From Candidatus Latescibacterota bacterium (GTDB lineage Bacteria; Latescibacterota; CBDEFO01): a stretch of 64,000 bases of DNA. Under the pieces are notes generated by a model that was given only the letters and a program-made list of their open reading frames with translations, was not told the DNA's origin and made no database searches. This document shows positions 1 to 9,952 of this stretch, piece by piece (position 1 is the stretch's first letter; the number at the start of each line of letters is the position of its first letter). A program made the translations under genes and the position numbers. The stretch covers positions 2,688,001 through 2,752,000 of the forward strand of contig OZ252149.1 of assembly GCA_965248755.1 (NCBI GenBank). Reading direction: 5' to 3'.

Positions 1-1
1 C

Positions 2-532
2 GAACCCGGTCATCCTGGCATCAGTCTGCATGCAGATGGACAACCTTACGGTACGAAGATCTTCGGCTACGAGGGCAGTGTACCCTTTATGGTAAGGGTG
101 CTGTACTATCTTGAGGACCTCACGCCAGAAGTATCCCCGTTTCGAGTAGTGCCCCGATCTCACCTCTGCATGCACGCCGATGCAAATCCGTACAAACGGT
201 ACGAGTCACACCCTGAGGAGGTGATGGTTCCGTTGAAAGCTGGTTCGGCGATGCTTATTAACCATCGGGTTTTTCACGGCAACTACCCCAATACCGGGGA
301 TTGGGCACGTGAGATGCTGGCAATTGCCTATCGTCCAGCGTGGGCAGGTCCGATTGAGGAGGTATCTACTTGGGATCCGGACGATCTGGCCAAGTTGCCA
401 GATGCCCTGCGTCAGTTGTATGCCGATCGCAATACTCGTCACTGGGATTTCCACGGTGGCAACAAACCTCCCAATATGGCGAGCGAAGCTCCGGGTATGA
501 ACCCCAGCCGTTGGGAAGACAAGACGGATTAG
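2..532 (+). CDS. Phytanoyl-CoA dioxygenase (PhyH)-family Fe(II)/2OG oxygenase, 5'-truncated by window edge
   Basis: Frame open from base 2 (..ISLHADGQPY.. HxD motif); VVPRSH and distal H (HRVFHG) typical of the PhyH family. Confidence 0.8.
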   Translation, partial: EPGHPGISLHADGQPYGTKIFGYEGSVPFMVRVLYYLEDLTPEVSPFRVVPRSHLCMHADANPYKRYESHPEEVMVPLKAGSAMLINHRVFHGNYPNTGDWAREMLAIAYRPAWAGPIEEVSTWDPDDLAKLPDALRQLYADRNTRHWDFHGGNKPPNMASEAPGMNPSRWEDKTD

Positions 533-567
533 CAATTGGGCTACTTCATCGTTCAGTAGGAGGAAAA

Positions 568-1230
568 ATGAGACTTATCCTGGTCGGATGCGAGTATGCA
601 GGTAAGACGACGTTAGTCAGCCAGATTAAGCAGTGGATTGAACGCACAATGGGACCCACTCGCGGTTTTCACGATCACTTTACCGTCCCGATGTCTGACG
701 TTTCAGAGAAGGAACAGGAACAATTCCTGTCGTTGTCTCCTCGACTCCAAGAGATGTTCCAACGCTACATGATTGAATATCATCTCCAGCCCGCGTTCTA
801 TAGCTACCCTGATCACCTCCTGGTCGGCTTCCACATCGAGGAAGCGGTATATGCCCCTCTCTATTACGGCTACGGTAGGGAAGGCGAGTACACCGGGCGC
901 ACGACTTATGCCAGAAACCGGGAGAAAGACATTATGGAAGCGGTGCCAGATACCGTGCTTATCTTAATTAGAGCTGAGGCTCAGGTCATCGCCAAACGGA
1001 TGAGGGAGAACGCCCACCCACGAGGGGTGGTGCAGGAGAAGGACATTCCCCACGTTCTGCAAAGGTTTGAGGAAGAGTGTCAAAGTTCGCTGATCGGCAA
1101 TCAGTTCGCTCTGGACAGCACAACAGCTACGGTGGAGGAGACGCTAAAGGAATTTGTGGCACAGATCGAGCCTTATCTAACGGACACCGACCGCCTGCGG
1201 ATTTTGACCCGTCGTACCTTGCAGAAGTAG
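568..1230 (+). CDS. P-loop nucleoside monophosphate kinase-like protein
   Basis: AGGAGG RBS before ATG 568; N-terminal Walker A GCEYAGKT; NMP-kinase-like size. Confidence 0.65.
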   Translation: MRLILVGCEYAGKTTLVSQIKQWIERTMGPTRGFHDHFTVPMSDVSEKEQEQFLSLSPRLQEMFQRYMIEYHLQPAFYSYPDHLLVGFHIEEAVYAPLYYGYGREGEYTGRTTYARNREKDIMEAVPDTVLILIRAEAQVIAKRMRENAHPRGVVQEKDIPHVLQRFEEECQSSLIGNQFALDSTTATVEETLKEFVAQIEPYLTDTDRLRILTRRTLQK

Positions 1231-1467
1231 GGATAGGATAAGGAGACATTGACCTTAACCGGATGCGAGATGTGGGCCTTGCTGCCGGGAAAGTCGGATA
1301 AGGAGGGACATACAAAGATCTCAGAGATACTGCCAGAGCAAGGGAAATGAGAATAGAGAACTATGTTGACATGTTTTCATCTTTTCTTCCTTAAGATTCT
1401 GACGCATGTATCGACACGCAAACAATATTAGCAAGTAACGTAACTTGAGAAGATTGGAGATTAAACT

Positions 1468-2229
1468 ATGGCAAATAAGAAAGTCCTGATCACCGGCATG
1501 AGTGGCCTGATCGGCGGCGTTGTACGCCAGCATTTAGAGGGTCAATATGAGATGAGCGCGCTGAACCGAAGCGATGTGCCGGGGATCGCATGCCATCGGG
1601 CAGACATCTCCGATCTGGAGGCAATTTTGCCCGCGTTTGAAGGGAAGGATACAGTCGTACACCTGGCGGCGGCGCTCTCAATGAGACATGCATCCTGGGA
1701 TGAGGTTGTTCCCCACAATGTGATTGGAACCTACAATGTCTTTGAGGCATCCCGCCGGTCAGGAGTTAAACGGATCATCTTCGCCAGCAGCGGAGCCGCC
1801 ACATCGGGGTACGAGCAGGAGATGCCGTACAGCGCACTGGCCGAGGGGCGCTACGACGAGGTGCCGGAGACCTGGGAGAAGTTGACCCATCAGTCGCTGA
1901 CACGGCCGAACGATCTCTACGGCTGCAGCAAGGTCTGGGGGGAGACTCTGGCCAGATACTTCACGGACACCTCTGATCTTTCTATCATCTGTCTGCGCCT
2001 CGGCGCAGTCAACAGCGTAGACCGCCCGTTTGAGCCCCGACACTTTTCGGTCTGGTGCAGCCAGCGCGACATCGTACAACTGGTGGAACGGTGTATCGAG
2101 GCGCCCGACAGCCTCCGGTTCGATATCTTTTACGCTGTGTCGAACAACAAGTGGAGCTACCGCGATGTGGAACACGCTCGCGAGGTGCTCGGCTTTGTGC
2201 CTCAGGATGCGGCTGAAGATCATCGTTAA
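1468..2229 (+). CDS. NAD-dependent epimerase/dehydratase (uronate dehydrogenase-like extended SDR)
   Basis: ITGMSGLIG Rossmann motif, VVHLAA, FASS, YGCSK catalytic motif. Confidence 0.85.
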   Translation: MANKKVLITGMSGLIGGVVRQHLEGQYEMSALNRSDVPGIACHRADISDLEAILPAFEGKDTVVHLAAALSMRHASWDEVVPHNVIGTYNVFEASRRSGVKRIIFASSGAATSGYEQEMPYSALAEGRYDEVPETWEKLTHQSLTRPNDLYGCSKVWGETLARYFTDTSDLSIICLRLGAVNSVDRPFEPRHFSVWCSQRDIVQLVERCIEAPDSLRFDIFYAVSNNKWSYRDVEHAREVLGFVPQDAAEDHR

Positions 2230-2488
2230 GATCCCATTGCTAAAAATCCATTGGCCCATTTTGGCAATCCTTGAACTTCGCCGAGATCTCGGCGAACAGG
2301 AGGTTGAGGGCACTGATTGGTTGCCAAGAAAGTGGGGGCATCCTCTGCGGGAACTGCTCACCGACCAGGAAAATCGGGGCATTCTGCCAGAAGACAAAGG
2401 AGCTGGGGCTGACCATCTTCGTCATCTGCGCGAGCAGCATCACCTGAAGGAATCCGTTGGTCTCCGATTGGATCACCGATTGAGTCTA

Positions 2489-2513
2489 CCCCCGATTGAA
2501 CCTATCGGGGGGG
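2489..2513. repeat. Palindromic micro-element copy (CCCCGATTGAACCTATCGGGG)
   Basis: One mismatch to the 21-bp consensus seen at 58132 and elsewhere. Confidence 0.8.
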
Positions 2514-2565
2514 ATCGAGTGCTAAATCTGACTCGACACTATTTGGACTCCAAGAAGAAAAAGAG

Positions 2566-2602
2566 AAGCACTTAGCGTGGATGTAAGCTCTTCTAAGTGC
2601 TT
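2566..2602 (-). terminator. Inverted repeat downstream of tRNA-Thr (probable terminator)
   Basis: AAGCACTTAG...CTAAGTGCTT 10-bp arms followed by a T-rich run on the minus strand. Confidence 0.45.
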
Positions 2603-2624
2603 TACTTCAGCGAAGATATAGGGA

Positions 2625-2697
2625 AGCCGGCGATCGGACTCGAACCGATGACCTGCTCATTACGAGTGAGCTGCTCTCCCAGCTGAGCTACGCCGGC
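2625..2697 (-). tRNA. tRNA-Thr (anticodon CGT), CCA not encoded
   Basis: Reverse complement GCCGGCGTAGCTCAGCTGGGAGAGCAGCTCACTCGTAATGAGCAGGTCATCGGTTCGAGTCCGATCGCCGGCT folds as a cloverleaf with TTCGA T-loop. Confidence 0.95.
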
Positions 2698-3064
2698 ATT
2701 ATCTTACCAAACAATAGGTAGTACACAGGACACCTCCTCCCCTGCACGCTCTCTACCTGTTGTGCACCTCATCCGCACTCAATGATTATGACCATAGCAA
2801 TCAATGCCCCCGTGATCACAGAGAAGATAGTGCGATTCTTCCAGTTAGGCTCAGCGGTCTCCACGATCAAGTGCAGCAGATAGTCTATTAAGCGTACAAG
2901 AATGTGGTGGCGGGCTCCAAAAGATTTCATCACATCTTTTCCCCAGAAAGCTCTTCGACCACTTCCTGTTCCCTGAAGAAAGGGCTGGCAGAAATACACG
3001 CAGTACCCACAAGACCTTTTTGGGGCCCCATCTGGCTTGAAGACTCTCCAACGATCATAGATAT

Positions 3065-3394
3065 TCAGTCATCTGTCCCTCGGTGGAGGTGACCTTTTCG
3101 CTTTTTGCCCTTGAGTTCGTCTTCTAAGTAGATTCCCCTGAATTCCTCGTCATAGACCTCGAGGATCGTATGTTCGTCACCAATTTTGGTGCACACAAGG
3201 TCGCCAGGGCCCACATCATATTCGACTCCTTCTGTTAGAATGCGGGCTCGACCGTCTATGATCAGCCAAGATTCGTTGCAGTCGTGATAGTGCAGTTCTA
3301 TATCCTGACCCTTCGTGAGCGTGAATACACCGTAGGAACTTAATGAAACCCAGTCGGGTTTAGAATCTGTATCCCCTCGTTTGACAACAGGCAT
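3065..3394 (-). CDS. Cupin domain protein
   Basis: HYHDCNE...GDEH cupin metal-binding motifs; 109 aa. Confidence 0.85.
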   Translation of the reverse strand: MPVVKRGDTDSKPDWVSLSSYGVFTLTKGQDIELHYHDCNESWLIIDGRARILTEGVEYDVGPGDLVCTKIGDEHTILEVYDEEFRGIYLEDELKGKKRKGHLHRGTDD

Positions 3395-3570
3395 TTTACC
3401 CCCTTTGCATCTTTTCCCAGAGAGTTCTCCGATAGCCCATAAACGTCAAAAAATACGTTCACTTCTATGTCTGTTGCTCATTATTAAAGTACTATATTGA
3501 GAAGACAAAATCAAGTTAAAACTTAGATGCGACCAAAACTGTTTACAAATAACAGCTATTAGCATTTTTC

Positions 3571-3599
3571 TTGACAGAGCCTATCGATTTTCTTATCAT
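3571..3599 (+). promoter_or_regulatory. Sigma70-type promoter
   Basis: TTGACA-17 bp-TATCAT. Confidence 0.55.
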
Positions 3600-3725
3600 G
3601 TCTTGATCGGGCTCAACATCTTATGCGTCATCACGAAGCATATCGTTGATCTTATTTTCCCCATGCGGCTCGCAAGGACAAAGTTTTTCAATACTTCTTG
3701 CGGAACCTCAAGAAAGGAACATCTA

Positions 3726-3953
3726 ATGGCAAAGTCCCTTTGGGATAAATTTATGGAAAGCCTTACAGAGGAAGAAAAAGATATATGGGAAAGGTGGGAG
3801 GAAGCTACACAAGAGACACCTGATGAGTTGTCGAAAGACGAGAGGCTAGCGGCAGCAAGTGGCGGGATTACGTCAGAGGATATGAAAGTGCTGGACAGAT
3901 TGAGAGAAAGATGGGAAGAGTTGATGTGGAAGGATCTCGAGGATGAAGATTAG
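3726..3953 (+). CDS. Small acidic hypothetical protein
   Basis: AAAGGA RBS before ATG 3726; helical Glu/Asp-rich 75 aa. Confidence 0.6.
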   Translation: MAKSLWDKFMESLTEEEKDIWERWEEATQETPDELSKDERLAAASGGITSEDMKVLDRLRERWEELMWKDLEDED

Positions 3954-4015
3954 TCAAGTCAAACACATTTCATGTTGCTATTTTCCAAAGAGTCGTGTGC
4001 AGAAGATAGGAGGAG

Positions 4016-5309
4016 ATGATGAACGTTATTTTCATCGCTGTAGACTCGTTACGGCAGGATCATGGCTGTAGACTCGTTACGGCAGGATCATGTAAGTTTC
4101 TACGGCTGGGACAATTGCCCTTTGGAGACACCCAACTTCGACAGGTTTGCAAGGGAGAGCATCGTCTTTTAAAACTGCTATCATGAGGCGCTTCCCTATC
4201 GCCCCTGGCAACCCTTAACCAAAGAGGACAGGACAGTTGCCACCATACTTTCAGAAGAAGGCTATCTAACCTCCCTTTTTACCGATTGCTACCATTATTT
4301 TAAACCGAACTGTAATTTCCACCGGGATTTTAGGGTGTGGAGATGGATTCGGGAGCAGGAGTATGATGCCTATCGTTCAGGACCTTTGAAAAAATTCAAG
4401 CTCCAAGATTTCATCAACGACAAATTCCCTGACCGCGCCAAAGGCGGAATGATCTGGCGTAATCTGGTGGAGACGTGTCTGATTAACATCGAACCGTTCG
4501 AGACGGCTGATGATCACTTCTGCGCTCAGTTGGTCTCTCAAGCCTCCGAGTGGCTTGAGGGTACTGAGGGAAACGACAGAGAGATATTTATGTGGGTCGA
4601 CTCTTTCGATCCGCATGAACCCTGGACGCCGCCGTCAGAATTCGATAAATATACCGACCCGGATTACAAAGGGAAACGATACATTTTGCCGCCTGGTGGT
4701 CCTTCTTCGGATTACTTCACAGAAGAGGAGATAAACTGCATACGCGGTTTATACGCAGGAGAGGTAGCCTACGTGGATCATTATATAGGCAAACTGTTAT
4801 ACAAACTCGAGGAGTTGGGCTATTTCTATAACTCCCTCATAATCCTTATTTCAGATCATGGACATCCGCTCTCAGATCACGGTAAATTCCTCAAGGGTCC
4901 AGACAGGATGTACAACGAATTGTTGAAAGTGATGTTTATGATCCGCTTTCCGAAGGCAGAGTACGGTGGACAGAGATTGGACGCACTATCTCAGTTCCAC
5001 GACATCCTCCCTACAATCCTGGATGTGATAGAGCTTAGGAATAACCTTGAGACACTTCAGGGACGGAGCCTGATGCCCCTGATAAAAGGTGAGACAAAAG
5101 AGTGAAGAGAGGCGATCGTTACGGGTTATCACGACGCGGCTGCCCGCTGTATCAGAGACAAGGTATGGAGCTATATTCGCCGCCCTGATCCCGACCCCAA
5201 CGAGTTGTACAACCTCATGTACGACCCTGGCGAAAGGGTGAATCTCATAGACGATTATCCGCAGGAGGCTGTCAAATTGGCGTCGCTATTCGGATCGGCG
5301 GCTGAATAA
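4016..5309 (+). pseudogene. Sulfatase pseudogene
   Basis: MNVIFIAVDSLRQDH start, DPHEPW, ISDHG, NELYNL motifs; 28-bp tandem duplication at 4037-4092, internal stop near 4170, active-site segment apparently deleted, frameshift near 5100. Confidence 0.85.
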
Positions 5310-5400
5310 AAAAGAGGGAATCGCTGAATTTAGAATATATAAAGGCCATCTAACAAAAAGGTCGGAGGCCTTCTTCTTTCTTACGGAAAGTGAGTTAAAG

Positions 5401-8400
5401 ATGAAACGGTTACTAATTTTCCTGAGCACGGTGTTTGTTCCGCTTTCGTTTTGGGCTGAGCTTAACGCCGGAGTAAGGATCAATGAAATTCTCTTTAAGC
5501 CTTCAGGCGGGGTACAAAAGATAGAGTTTTTCAACGAAGATCTTGTCTCTGCTAATATCGGTGGACAGTGGCTCTGCATGAATCAGAGCTATCGGTCGAC
5601 AAGTGGAACTGTCCCTCCGTTGGGATTCCTGGTTATAGACGCCCCGATAACGCTCAACTTGTCAAACCAGGATGTGGCTTACTACGTAAACAGTTCTTTT
5701 TCCAATCCGTCGTCTGTTATCGATTACGTGAAATGGGGATCGCCTTTTTTTAACAGAACGTTCGAAGCAGTGTCTGGAGACAAATGGTCGAGCCTCTCGG
5801 ATACGATTGACCCCGCAAGTGTGCCGACCGGACAGTCTATTCAGTACGTAGGACCTGATGGAAGCTTCCGTAAGTCATCATCGGACTGGATAGTCGCCGC
5901 TCCGACATTAGGCTCTGCCAATCCTAGTCCTGGCCCAGATATTAACGTCTCCCCGACGAGCATAAGTTACGGTAATGTACTGATAGGCAGCGGTTCGAAT
6001 GGTACGATTGTGATAAGTAACTTAGGCGATGATAATTTAGTCTTAGGCTCTCTGTCTTTCATAGGCACAAATGCAGGTGAGTTTTCTATTGCTGTCTCTC
6101 CCAGTTCGACTATCACTCCGGGGAACAGCACTAATACTACTGTTAGGTTCTCACCTTCGTCGAGTGGAACAAAGTCTGCCACTTTGGTCATCCCGAGCAA
6201 TGATCCTGATGAAAGTACTGTATCTGTCTCTTTAACAGGTGCGGGTCTTGCATCCGATATTGATGTCTCTCCAACGAGCATAAATTACGGTGGTGTTCAA
6301 GTAGGCAGTAGCTCGAATAGTACGATATTGATTAGGAACCTGGGCAATGCGAATTTACTCTTGGGGTCTCTGTCTTTCACAGGCACTAATGCAGGTGAGT
6401 TTTCTATTGCTGTTTCTCCCAGCTCGACTATCACTCCGGGGAGCAGCACTAATACTACTGTTAGGTTCTCACCTTCGTCGAGTGGAACAAAGTCTGCCAC
6501 TTTGGTCATCCCGAGCAATGATCCTGATGAAAGTACTGTATCTGTCTCTTTAACAGGTGCGGGTCTTGCATCCGATATTGATGTCTCTCCAACGAGCATA
6601 AATTACGGTGGTGTTCAAGTAGGCAGTAGCTCGAATAGTACGATATTGATTAGGAACCTGGGCAATGCGAATTTACTCTTGGGGTCTCTGTCTTTCACAG
6701 GCACTAATGCAGGTGAGTTTTCTATTGCTGTTTCTCCCAGCTCGACTATCACTCCGGGTAGCAGCACTAATACTACTGTGCGGTTTTCGCCTTCGTCGGT
6801 AGGTACAAAGTCAGCCACTTTGGTCATGCCGAGCAATGACCCTGATGAAAGTACTGTATCTGTCTCTTTGACAGGTGTGGGCCTTACGCCTGATATTGAC
6901 GTCTCTCCGACGAGCATAGATTACGGACTTGTTCTGGTAGGCGGGAGTGCTGACGATACGCTAAATATAAAGAATTTAGGCAATGCGAACTTAGTCTTAG
7001 GGACTCTGTCCTTTACGGGAACTGATGCAGATGAGTTTTTTATTGCTCTTTCTCCCAGTTCGACTATCACCCCCGGGAACAGCACTAATGCTGTTGTGAG
7101 GTTTTCACCTGGGTCGGTCGGTGCCAAGTCTGCCACTTTGCTCATTTCCAGCAATGACCCTGACGAAATTACTATAGCTACCCCTTTGACAGGTGTGGGT
7201 GGAGAGCTACAGAATATCGGGGTGTTAACAGACACGATAGATTTTGGGGATGTGAGCACTATCACCAGTTTTGCAGATAGGGAGTTAGTGATTTCCAATA
7301 CCGGTGATCTGCCTTTGGTGATCAATACTTTGACTATCACAGGAACTGATGCTGCGGCTTATACTCTCCTTGATACTCTGGATGGGCTTATTCTTCCTGC
7401 ACAAGTCGGGGTTGACACAGTTAGGATAAGATTCGAGCCTCCCGATGCGGGGTCTTTCACTGCGACTTTGAATATCTTCAGCAACGATCCTGATACACCG
7501 ATAAAAGGAGTCAACTTATTAGGTGTTGGAGTTGAGCCTGATATAGATGTGACTCCGTCTACTTTTGATTTCGGTCCTGTGGAGGTGGACAGCTTCAAGG
7601 TAGATACTTTGACGGTGAGCAATGTCGGGACGGATACCCTGAAGATTGACCCCTCCGGCGTCTTTACAGAGACACCCTGTTTGGATGCGTTCTTATTAGG
7701 TTCAGGAGTTATCCCTCCGGGCAGATTGACCCAGATAGTGGTACAGTTTTTCCCCGATTCTGTAGCAGTCTTTAGTGATACAGTGACAGTCATCAGCAAT
7801 GATCCTGACGGTGATTTTAGAGTTCCGCTGACTGGAACGGGCGTTGTTCCTCTGGTCGAGCTCACTCCGCCTGACACGCTTGTAATTGTAGACAGGATAG
7901 ATGATACACAGCCGACGATTAGAAATATAGTGGTCAGAAATCAGGGCGGCATCGGTTCTGTACTGGATGTGGTGTCTGTTACACTTGAGGATATAACGAG
8001 CGATCCCACCGCTACATTCTCTATAGATCCGTCTTCTGCAGCAATTCCTGCGCGATTAAGTGCGGGTTCGTCCATGAATATAACCATAGCTTTTGCGGCT
8101 GTCGATTCTGCCGATACTCTGGAGCCAAAGTTTGCAAGAGTGATAATCACAAGCGACGATCCCAAGGGCATTGACACAGTGATTGTAAAGGGAACAGCAG
8201 TGCCCGCTCCTTCTCCTAAGCCAAGGGTAGCGCCTGCTTCTTTGGATTTTGGAGGCGTTTTTGCAGGCGCATTTAAGGACGTACAGTTAGTCCTTGGAAA
8301 CGGGCCTGGCGGAGCAACGACAGACCCTCTTGCTGACACCACTTTTGTCATAATAGAGACTATTTTTAGCGGGGATCTTGACTTTTCAATTGTAGTACCT

Positions 8401-9877
8401 CCTCCATCTACTATCGCTTTCGGGGATAGTGCTACTGTAACCGTGAGGTATTCTGCTCCTGATACTCTATTTCCTGTTACAAACACAGGGACGTTGACAT
8501 TTGTAGATACAGTAAGCAACGCTTCTACAAGTATCCCTCTTCAGGGCAACACTGGCAATTCTTATTGTTACTCTTTCTGTGGATTCATTAGATTTCGGGG
8601 AGCATAAGGTCGGGACGTTTGGTCCACCTACGAGGGCTTTGGCGATAAGGAACGATGCTTCCTCCACAGCGAAAGCGAGAGTGGACAGTGTAGTTCTTTC
8701 TGACGTCATATCAGGGAGTGTAGATCAATTCAGCTTCAGTCCGAGCACGTCCTCGATAGATTCAATCGGGGATCGTCCTCACTTTATCTCCAGTGGCGAC
8801 AGTTTGGTGCTGGCAATAACGTTTAATCCTTCGAGTCCTACAGATCCGTTCGGTGTTCCTGAGGAATTCAAGGCTGTGCTTACTGTGTTTAACACAGATA
8901 CGGATAAGCCGGTCCCTTCAGTAAGTATGCAGGGAAAAGGTCTTCCGCCTTCTCCCTTCCCGGTCGGGGATGTCAGCGGAAATGGAACTGTGTCTGCGTT
9001 CGACGGGTCTATCATTCTCCGATTTATAGTGGGACTGACGAACCCGGCAGAGTGGCCCAACCTTGCTGACACCTCTATAGTTGACGCCGCCGGGGACGGA
9101 ACGATTGGTACTCTGGACGTTGTTTCTGTACTCCAGTTCGTCGTGGGGGTTCTAAGTTCGCTTCCGAATCAGCCTGTGTTACCCTCAGCGAAGGATATTG
9201 TTGGGACTCCCGAAGTTAGAACGGTGGCTATATCGGAAAAGTACCAATGGGATGATGGTATCCTGACGGTTCCCATTGTTATTGATGAGATGGCAGGTGT
9301 CCTTGGTGGGACTATGAGCTTGAAGTACGATGAGTCGAAGTTCAGATTCAAAGACGCGGAGGCGTTCGGTCATCTGTCCGACTTCATGCTGGAGAGCAGA
9401 TCTGAGGATGGCAAGGTCTTGATCGCCTTTGCGGGGACTGAGGGCGTTTTCGATGGAGGGGATATAATTAAGCTGAAGTTCGAACCGATAGCGGAAAATG
9501 ATGCAGATATATCGAGTCCTATGTCGGTTATCAAGGTGAATCTGAACGAAGGGCAAATAGCTGCACAGGGCGAAACGATTAAGATTCGGAGCATCCCCTC
9601 TGCGTACATTTTGTATCAGAACTTCCCAAATCCGTTCAACCCCCAGACAACAATCAGGTATGAGATCCCCAGGTCGGGCAATGTTAGGCTGCAGGTTTAC
9701 GATATACTCGGTCAGCCTGTCAGGACGCTTGTGGAGGTGCGGCAAAAGGCGGGAGATTACACTGTGGTTTGGGACGGTAAGAACAACGATGGAGAACGTT
9801 CCGCCAGCGGGGTCTATTTCTACCAGATAATCTCCGAAAACTTTTCTGATGTTAAGAAGATGTTGTTCATTAAGTGA
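5401..9877 (+). CDS. Large secreted multidomain protein (LTD-like N-terminus, tandem choice-of-anchor-D/ASH Ig repeats, dockerin-like, cohesin-like, FlgD/T9SS-type C-terminal domain); split by one frameshift near 8556
   Basis: Signal peptide; INEI; repeated DIDVSPTSINYG...SNDPDE units; GDVSGNGTVSAFD/DAAGDGTIGTLD; LYQNFPNPFNP...WDG...SGVYFY; ORFs 5401-8607 and 8579-9877 join as GNTG/ILIVTLSVDSLDFG. Confidence 0.8.
5938..7200 (+). repeat. Intragenic tandem repeat, 318-bp unit, about 4 copies
   Basis: GATATTGATGTCTCTCCAACGAGC at 6256 and 6574; related units start near 5938 and 6892. Confidence 0.9.
8751..8771. repeat. Palindromic micro-element copy within a CDS
   Basis: CCTCGATAGATTCAATCGGGG = reverse-orientation 21-mer with one mismatch. 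Confidence 0.75.
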
Positions 9878-9952
9878 TAAGGCGTAGGTTCATTGTCTCT
9901 ACAAACTCTCTAAGATAGGAAAAGTACATTCACAACGGTCTCTACATTTACC

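Noticed and set aside
2769..3060. Short minus-strand ORFs between tRNA and cupin gene
   Set aside because: Fragmentary, with no identifiable family.
5938..7200. Possible CRISPR array or DGR template/variable repeats
   Set aside because: Units are 318-bp in-frame protein domains without spacers; no cas or reverse-transcriptase gene seen in the window.
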